This document shows positions 25,277 through 30,916 of a stretch of 30,916 nucleotides of DNA, one piece after another. The stretch is from a virus (lineage: Duplodnaviria; Caudoviricetes): the IMG/VR virus record IMGVR_UViG_3300048507_001074, positions 1-30,916 of that record; one strand, given 5' to 3'. A model generated the notes under the pieces. That model made no database searches, was not told the origin of the DNA, and worked only from the letters and a program-made list of their open reading frames with translations. Within the stretch, counting starts at the first letter, position 1. Each line of letters begins with the position of its first letter. The position numbers and the translations under genes were made by a program.

Positions 25277-26409
25277 TGAGGTTGAAGAACATAGACGGAT
25301 GTTTTTTTATTAATCTTGATAAAAGAGTTGACAGGCTTCAACATATAAATAATACCTTACCTTTTGATTCCGAGAGAGTATCTGCCGTAAACGCTTCTAC
25401 ATTGCAGTTAACTGATGAGATTAAAAAATTATTTTCTAATAATTATTATAAATTTGCTAAAGCAGAAATTAGTTGCACCTTGAGTCATTATTACTTGTGG
25501 AAAAAATTAATTGATGATGAATCCGCGCAAAACTATTTAATACTAGAAGATGACGTTTGTTTTAAGAATGAGTTCGTGAAATTCTGGAATGGAAGGTATG
25601 CAGATAATATTCCTGCTGATTTTGATCTTATATATCTTGGCGGTTGTCAGCCATATAATAAACCTCATTATAAAAATGTTACCGAATCATATAATTTATA
25701 TTTTAATAGAATTAAAAATAATGACTATTTTTCAGAGAATAATCATTTTTGGCATATGACAACATGTTCTTATATTATCAGCAAGGAGGCCGCGAAAAAA
25801 GCTTGCGAATGGATTGGTGAGCATGGATTTAATTCGGTAATAGATCATTTTATGATTAATTTTTTTAATCACAATCCTTACTATGGTAATCCTGATAATT
25901 TTTATCATATCAATCCTTTGATGGCAAATCAAATTCATGAAGAGAATGACAATACAGAATTAGATCAAAATTCAGATATAAGATACGCGCCCGAGAAATT
26001 TAAAAAAGAAGACACACATAATAAAAAGGTAATTTTTTTAGACAATAATCTTAAAGAGGCGAATTTTATTAAAGATTTATTTGGTTTAGAAGATTATGAA
26101 TATATAACAGATAATTCTCTAACCAAAGTTTATAATAATAGTATTATTGTTTATAGTGATTTTCTGTCTAAAGATTTAAGCATATACCCTGATAAGTATA
26201 TTCCTGCGTTTAATAAACTTAGAGATAATCGGATTGAATATTTTAAAAAGGCCGCGAATAAAAATTGCATATTGATTCATCTAGCAGATATTGATTGTGT
26301 TGCGGATATATCCCATTATAAATATTTCAAAAATGTGTTTAGACAATTTTACAGAGAGGACTGTGATCATGATTGTGTAAGTTATATACCGCTTGGTTAT
26401 AAAGAATAA
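25276..26409 (+). CDS. Glycosyltransferase family 25 with an extra C-terminal segment
   Basis: FINLDKRVDR, EISCTLSHYYLW, LILEDD, DLIYLG, SYIISKEAAKK. Confidence 0.85.
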   Translation: MRLKNIDGCFFINLDKRVDRLQHINNTLPFDSERVSAVNASTLQLTDEIKKLFSNNYYKFAKAEISCTLSHYYLWKKLIDDESAQNYLILEDDVCFKNEFVKFWNGRYADNIPADFDLIYLGGCQPYNKPHYKNVTESYNLYFNRIKNNDYFSENNHFWHMTTCSYIISKEAAKKACEWIGEHGFNSVIDHFMINFFNHNPYYGNPDNFYHINPLMANQIHEENDNTELDQNSDIRYAPEKFKKEDTHNKKVIFLDNNLKEANFIKDLFGLEDYEYITDNSLTKVYNNSIIVYSDFLSKDLSIYPDKYIPAFNKLRDNRIEYFKKAANKNCILIHLADIDCVADISHYKYFKNVFRQFYREDCDHDCVSYIPLGYKE

Positions 26410-26410
26410 T

Positions 26411-27001
26411 ATGATAAATCATAATAAAAAGTATATTTTTATACATATTCCAAAAACAGGAGGAAGTTCTATAGAAAAAGCGTTGTTATCTAATGAAGGA
26501 GTTGATATGTCTTCTGTGGGTAAAACTATTTTCTCTAATTTATCAAAAGATATTTTAGATGAATATGTTTTGGGTAAAAATAGACAACACCTTGAGATGC
26601 ATGAGTTTGACGATGAATTTCAAAAAAATTATTTTTCTTTTTGTTTTGTAAGAAATCCTTGGGATTGGATTGTTAGTGAATTCGAGTGGATGCGCGATGT
26701 TTACAATGATTTTGACGAGTATATTTACAGAATAAAAAACGGATCCGTTATGGTTTATAAGTACCACTTGAATCCGCAAATATCTTTCATCAATAAAAAC
26801 ATAAAATTTATCGGAAGGTTTGAAAATTTTAAAGACGATTTTTTAAAAGTATGCAAAACCATAGGCATACCAGATCTAGAGCTTCCTCATATATATAAGA
26901 ATACAAGAATGGATTACAGGTCTTACTATAATGCTGAGACTAAAAAAATTATAGAAAATATATATTTAAAAGATATACTTGAATTTGGTTATAAATTTTA
27001 A
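26411..27001 (+). CDS. Sulfotransferase (Sulfotransfer_2, carbohydrate sulfotransferase-like)
   Basis: PAPS-binding motifs FIHIPKTGGSSI and FVRNPWDWIVS, FIGRFENFKDDF, terminal DILEFGYKF. Start at ATG 26411. Confidence 0.88.
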   Translation: MINHNKKYIFIHIPKTGGSSIEKALLSNEGVDMSSVGKTIFSNLSKDILDEYVLGKNRQHLEMHEFDDEFQKNYFSFCFVRNPWDWIVSEFEWMRDVYNDFDEYIYRIKNGSVMVYKYHLNPQISFINKNIKFIGRFENFKDDFLKVCKTIGIPDLELPHIYKNTRMDYRSYYNAETKKIIENIYLKDILEFGYKF

Positions 27002-27002
27002 A

Positions 27003-28292
27003 ATGAAAGATTTTATTGAATCTAGAAAATGGGTGTGGGGATTTTTCTCTAATATTAATGATAGACCTAATGCTGAACAAATTTTAAGTCAATTAACTTC
27101 TTTTGATTTTGATTATTTTATTGATGAAGATTTTTGCTTAAAGAGTGTTTATGATAGATCTACTATTTTGAAGCAATGCTCGTTTGTGATTTGTCCTGCA
27201 AGTAAAAGAAGTTTAGAGGTTTCGGAATTTTATTTAGCGTTAGATAATGGTTGTATCCCGATAGTTGAAAGCTCTGATTATTGGGTGAATGTTTTTGGTG
27301 AAAATCCTATATTACAAATTAATGAAGATTGGTCGGGTTTAGGGTCTAGTATTCAAACATTGATTGACGATGTTGACTCTATGAGTAAATATAGAAAGAG
27401 GTTGTTTGATTGGTGGTTGACTTATAAAAAATCTATAGTCGATGAGGCAAGTTCTTTAATCGCGGCTAATCAAGATAATAATTCTGATATATATGCAAGC
27501 GAAGATAATAAATTAAGTTTAAAACGCGCAGAGTTTTTTAAGATAAAAAATAAATGGCCCGAGTTTTTGAGTTATGATTTTTTGAATTTTGCCGCGAAAC
27601 AATCAGGTGCTAGGTCAGTAGAAGCAGATAGTTTTTCATGTTATAATCCAGGAGCAAATATTGCAATTGTTACATTGTACACAAATGAAATCGCGGAATA
27701 TTCAATAGAGTCAGAATATAGCATTAGAAGATATTGTGAGAGGAATAATTATACGTTTTACGTTTATAGAGATTCTTTGGATAAAGATAGTAACCCTAAT
27801 TGGTCTAAGCCAAAGGCTATATTAAATCATATCAAAAATCATGATTTTATTGTTTGGATTGATTCTGATACTTTAATATTTAATCCAAGTAAAAAATTAG
27901 AAGATATACTTGATCCATGTTCTTCGACAAAACAAATCTTTGCATGTGAAGATATTGGATCTAATAATAAAAAATTACCAAAAGGATCTTTATTTAATTC
28001 TGGGGTGGTTATATTCAAAAATCATGACTACACATATAACATATTAAAAAAATGGTGGGACTTTAGGCATGAAGGTGATACGTCGTCTTTATATTCTAGT
28101 GGCGGTGATCAAGAAATACTAATAAGTATTATTAAAAAATCTGATCCTTTTTTGCATAATTTAAAAATATTTCCTATGAACAAATTTAATACAGAACCGC
28201 GAATGGTTGATGATCAAACATTTATAATACATTTTATGGCGTATCCTTATTTATTAAAATGTTTATTCATGAAATACTGGAACGCTAATTAA
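27003..28292 (+). CDS. Fusion of a degenerate exostosin/GT47-like segment and a GT34-like glycosyltransferase
   Basis: N-part SFVICP...FYLALDNGCIPIV. C-part YCERNNY, WSKPKAI, VWIDSD (DxD), FNSGV, DQ, FIIHF. Start at ATG 27003. Confidence 0.75.
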   Translation: MKDFIESRKWVWGFFSNINDRPNAEQILSQLTSFDFDYFIDEDFCLKSVYDRSTILKQCSFVICPASKRSLEVSEFYLALDNGCIPIVESSDYWVNVFGENPILQINEDWSGLGSSIQTLIDDVDSMSKYRKRLFDWWLTYKKSIVDEASSLIAANQDNNSDIYASEDNKLSLKRAEFFKIKNKWPEFLSYDFLNFAAKQSGARSVEADSFSCYNPGANIAIVTLYTNEIAEYSIESEYSIRRYCERNNYTFYVYRDSLDKDSNPNWSKPKAILNHIKNHDFIVWIDSDTLIFNPSKKLEDILDPCSSTKQIFACEDIGSNNKKLPKGSLFNSGVVIFKNHDYTYNILKKWWDFRHEGDTSSLYSSGGDQEILISIIKKSDPFLHNLKIFPMNKFNTEPRMVDDQTFIIHFMAYPYLLKCLFMKYWNAN

Positions 28293-28346
28293 TTTTAAAC
28301 CAAGCTAAAAGATTCTAAAAAGGGTATTTTACCTGTATATATAAGT

Positions 28347-30413
28347 ATGAGTAAAATATTTCGTACGGAAAAGCTGTCGCTCAATGGGGGCAATATCCTC
28401 TTGACGTCAGATAGCAATAACAATTTTGCTTTCAAAAGTGCGGATGGACAGAATGTTATCATTAGTAATTCTACTATTAGTGGTGATATATCAAGTTTAG
28501 CCGCAAAAGATATTTCCATAGATACAGATATATCTAGTTTAGCTGTTAAAGACAGCTCTCTTAATACTGATGTTTCTAGTTTAAATGCAAAAGATAATTT
28601 ATTAGATGTAGACATTTCCAGTCTTGCAGCTAAAGATTCCGATCTTGATTCGGATATCTCTAGCTTGGTAGCTAAAGACGGAAACGTTGATACAGAAATC
28701 TCTAGTCTTGCTGCTAAGGATTCTGGTTTAGACACAGATGTTTCTAGTCTTCAAGCTCAGCGCGTAAGCGATGAGTCTACGAAAGACACAGAAGTTTCTA
28801 GCCTCGCTGCTAAGGATTCTGGTTTGGATACAGATGTTTCTAGTCTTCAAGCTCAGCGCGTAAGCGATGAATCCACAAAAAACACAGAAGTTTCTAGCCT
28901 CGCTGCTAAGGATTCTGATCTTGATTCCGACATTTCTAGCTTGGTAGCTAAAGACGGAAATATGGATACAGAGATCTCTAGCCTTGCTGCTAAGGATTCA
29001 GGCTTAGACACAGACGTTTCTAGTCTTCAAGCTCAACGCGTAAGCGATGTGTCTACAAAAGACACAGAAGTTTCTAGCCTCGCTGCTAAAGATTCTGGTT
29101 TGGATACAGACATTTCTAGTCTTCAAGCTCAGCGCGTAAGCGATGAATCCACAAAAAACACAGAAGTTTCTAGCCTCGCCGCTAAGGATTCTAATCTTGA
29201 TTCCGACATCTCTAGCTTGGTAGCTAAAGACGGAAACATGGATACAGAAATCTCTAGTCTTGCTGCTAAGGATTCTGGTTTAGACACAGACGTTTCTAGT
29301 CTTCAAGCTCAACGCGTAAGCGATGTGTCTACAAAAGACACAGAAGTTTCTAGCCTCGCTGCTAAGGATTCTGGTTTAGACACAGATGTTTCTAGTCTCG
29401 CTGCTGCGGACGGAGTTATTAACACTTCAATTTCTAGCCTTGAAACCTCAAAAGACGCAGACGTTTCTAGCCTCGCTGCTAAAGATTCTGATATTGATGC
29501 TGACATCTCTAGCTTGGTAGCTAAAGACGGAAACGTCGACACAGAAATCTCTAGCTTGGCAGCTAAAGACTCCTCTCTTGATACAGATGTTTCAAGTCTT
29601 TCAGTAATCTTGAATACTAATAATATTTTTTCAAGTTCAAAAGAACTAACTATTAATACCAGAAGTATTGAGGTAGATTGGAGTGATACTTATCAACCTT
29701 CTACAGTTCCTTCTGTTGTAGGTATGATTAGAAGTTCAAATGCTGGAGATCCTATTATCGCAGCGAACCTTAGTGGTACAGCAACTACTGGCTCGGCAAC
29801 ATTTGTGTTTTCCGGTCCGATTTCAAGCAACTATTATAAGCTTGATGTTATGGCTGTAAATCCTGATGAATCTTTTACAACTGTTGTGACTGACGAAATT
29901 CAGGAATCTAATATTTCAAGCTTAGCTTCTATAAATAGCGATATCGCTACAGACGTCAGCTCTCTAGATACAAACGTTTCTAGTTTATCTGTGGTCACTT
30001 CTACAGTTCAAACTTCTAATTCAACTGATGTTTCTAGTCTTGCAGCTAAGGACACTAGCTTGGATACAGACATCTCAAGTTTAGCCGCAGCTTCAACCGG
30101 TTCGATTGGTTCGACTGACGTTTCTAGTCTTGCAGCTAAGGACACTAGCTTGGATACAGACATCTCAAGTTTAGCCGCAGCTTCAACCGGTTCGGTTGGT
30201 TCGACTGACGTTTCTAGTCTTGCAGCTAAGGATACTAGTTTGGATACAGATATCTCAAGTTTATCTTATGCAATGATTCAGTGGGATTCTTCTGTTCCAA
30301 CAGGCGTTAATAGCGCTGGATCAGCTGGAGATATAGTTTATGATTCTAATTACATGTATGTATGTGTAAGTGCTAATACATGGAAAAGAATGGTCTTGGG
30401 AGAATGGAGTTAA
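28347..30413 (+). CDS. Ser/Asp-rich repetitive coiled-coil fibre protein
   Basis: Dozens of [DE][VI]SSL-based 14- and 18-aa repeats. C-terminal GSAGDIVYDSNYMYVCVSANTWKR resembles a motif common in phage fibres. Confidence 0.8.
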   Translation: MSKIFRTEKLSLNGGNILLTSDSNNNFAFKSADGQNVIISNSTISGDISSLAAKDISIDTDISSLAVKDSSLNTDVSSLNAKDNLLDVDISSLAAKDSDLDSDISSLVAKDGNVDTEISSLAAKDSGLDTDVSSLQAQRVSDESTKDTEVSSLAAKDSGLDTDVSSLQAQRVSDESTKNTEVSSLAAKDSDLDSDISSLVAKDGNMDTEISSLAAKDSGLDTDVSSLQAQRVSDVSTKDTEVSSLAAKDSGLDTDISSLQAQRVSDESTKNTEVSSLAAKDSNLDSDISSLVAKDGNMDTEISSLAAKDSGLDTDVSSLQAQRVSDVSTKDTEVSSLAAKDSGLDTDVSSLAAADGVINTSISSLETSKDADVSSLAAKDSDIDADISSLVAKDGNVDTEISSLAAKDSSLDTDVSSLSVILNTNNIFSSSKELTINTRSIEVDWSDTYQPSTVPSVVGMIRSSNAGDPIIAANLSGTATTGSATFVFSGPISSNYYKLDVMAVNPDESFTTVVTDEIQESNISSLASINSDIATDVSSLDTNVSSLSVVTSTVQTSNSTDVSSLAAKDTSLDTDISSLAAASTGSIGSTDVSSLAAKDTSLDTDISSLAAASTGSVGSTDVSSLAAKDTSLDTDISSLSYAMIQWDSSVPTGVNSAGSAGDIVYDSNYMYVCVSANTWKRMVLGEWS
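28480..29600 (+). repeat. Nested coding repeat: 42- and 54-bp units organised into a 276-bp higher-order unit
   Basis: Marker ttggtagctaaagacggaaa recurs at 28665, 28941, 29217 (276-bp period) and 29514. Confidence 0.9.
30021..30263 (+). repeat. 90-bp coding tandem repeat (about 2.7 copies)
   Basis: STDVSSLAAKDTSLDTDISSLAAASTGS[IV]G units begin at 30021, 30111 and 30201. Confidence 0.92.
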
Positions 30414-30432
30414 TATTTAAAATAATAAAAAA

Positions 30433-30916
30433 ATGAATAATTTATATTTAATAAAAAGCGGCGACAATGGTTTTGTCGAAGAAACTTCAGCGGTAATTAG
30501 CGCTGAAGGTGGAGATATCAGTATTAATAGTAGTTTGCATGTTGATTCTGCGGGTAATATAGGTATAGGTTCCTCTAATCCGACTAATAAACTTGATGTC
30601 GTTGGTTCTGCTAGTATTTCGAATGATTTAACTGTTGATAATATAATTTTATCTAGCGTTGGAGGACAACTCCCAGCTAATGCGAATGATATCATAGTAT
30701 ACAATGGAACGAACTGGGTTGTTGGTGCTGCCAGTCAACTTCCTGGCGGCGGAGGAGGAGCTGGTAATTCGGATGTTCCTGCTGGCTTGATTAATACATT
30801 AACTGAAGGAGAATCAATTCACGAAGTTAATTTTGGATTTGATAGTAATAACGATCGAATTGTATATGATAATGTTCCTAAAATTGCAGCTAGTTTAGAA
30901 ATTGATGGTCCTGGAG
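30433..30916 (+). CDS. Partial (3'-truncated) tail-fibre-like protein
   Basis: Not in the ORF track; open to the window end. MNNLYLIKSG...VDSAGNIGIGSSNPTNKLDVVG (GNVGIGT-type fibre repeat)...IIVYNGTNW... Confidence 0.8.
   Translation, partial: MNNLYLIKSGDNGFVEETSAVISAEGGDISINSSLHVDSAGNIGIGSSNPTNKLDVVGSASISNDLTVDNIILSSVGGQLPANANDIIVYNGTNWVVGAASQLPGGGGGAGNSDVPAGLINTLTEGESIHEVNFGFDSNNDRIVYDNVPKIAASLEIDGPG

Noticed and set aside
535-26779. Short overlapping ORFs of 60-80 aa in the track (e.g. 535-777, 1638-1835, 3253-3459, 5488-5727, 12977-13186, 22053-22280, 25732-25938)
   Set aside because: They overlap well-supported genes in another frame or strand and show no recognisable motifs.
28347-30413. 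Diversity-generating retroelement TR/VR pair
   Set aside because: No reverse transcriptase is in the window, and the repeat differences are mostly synonymous rather than adenine-specific.
28295-30704. Minus-strand ORFs 28295-28735, 29309-29542 and 30417-30704
   Set aside because: They are antisense shadows of the repetitive or biased plus-strand fibre genes.
1-30916. Stop-codon reassignment, or a cellular chromosome origin
   Set aside because: Recognisable genes are full length under the standard code. Portal, fibres, a divergent compact replication module and the absence of housekeeping operons favour a phage. No integrase, tRNA or rRNA was recognised.

Overview
AT-rich, densely coding fragment of a large tailed dsDNA bacteriophage genome, read with the standard genetic code. 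The left end has a partial Pro-Glu-repeat membrane protein and a ribonucleotide reductase beta subunit with class Ic (Mn/Fe-type) signatures. A long minus-strand block (1539-18320) carries host-like genes (DUF1501 + DUF1549/DUF1553 pair, outer-membrane beta-barrel, Hsp20), an HNH nuclease, a modular basic protein, gmd, a Nudix hydrolase and a replication/recombination module (Cas4/RecB-like nuclease, primase, DnaB helicase, endonuclease, RecA/UvsX). A repeat-rich divergent intergenic switch follows at about 18330-18405. The plus-strand structural block has a portal protein, a LamG/Gly-rich virion protein, five putative glycan-modifying genes (two DUF2827, GT25, sulfotransferase, GT47-like/GT34-like) and Ser-rich coiled-coil fibre genes. 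Several genes point to a PVC-superphylum host (Verrucomicrobia/Planctomycetes); this is inference. Best candidates for novelty: (1) a fibre glycosylation/sulfation cassette, (2) a phage-borne DUF1501-DUF1549/1553 exported module, (3) a GTGTA-N9-11-ATG motif alongside apparently leaderless sigma70 promoters and a sigma54-like hsp20 promoter, (4) a tyrosine-less RNR R2. All family calls come from motifs recognised by eye, not from database searches.
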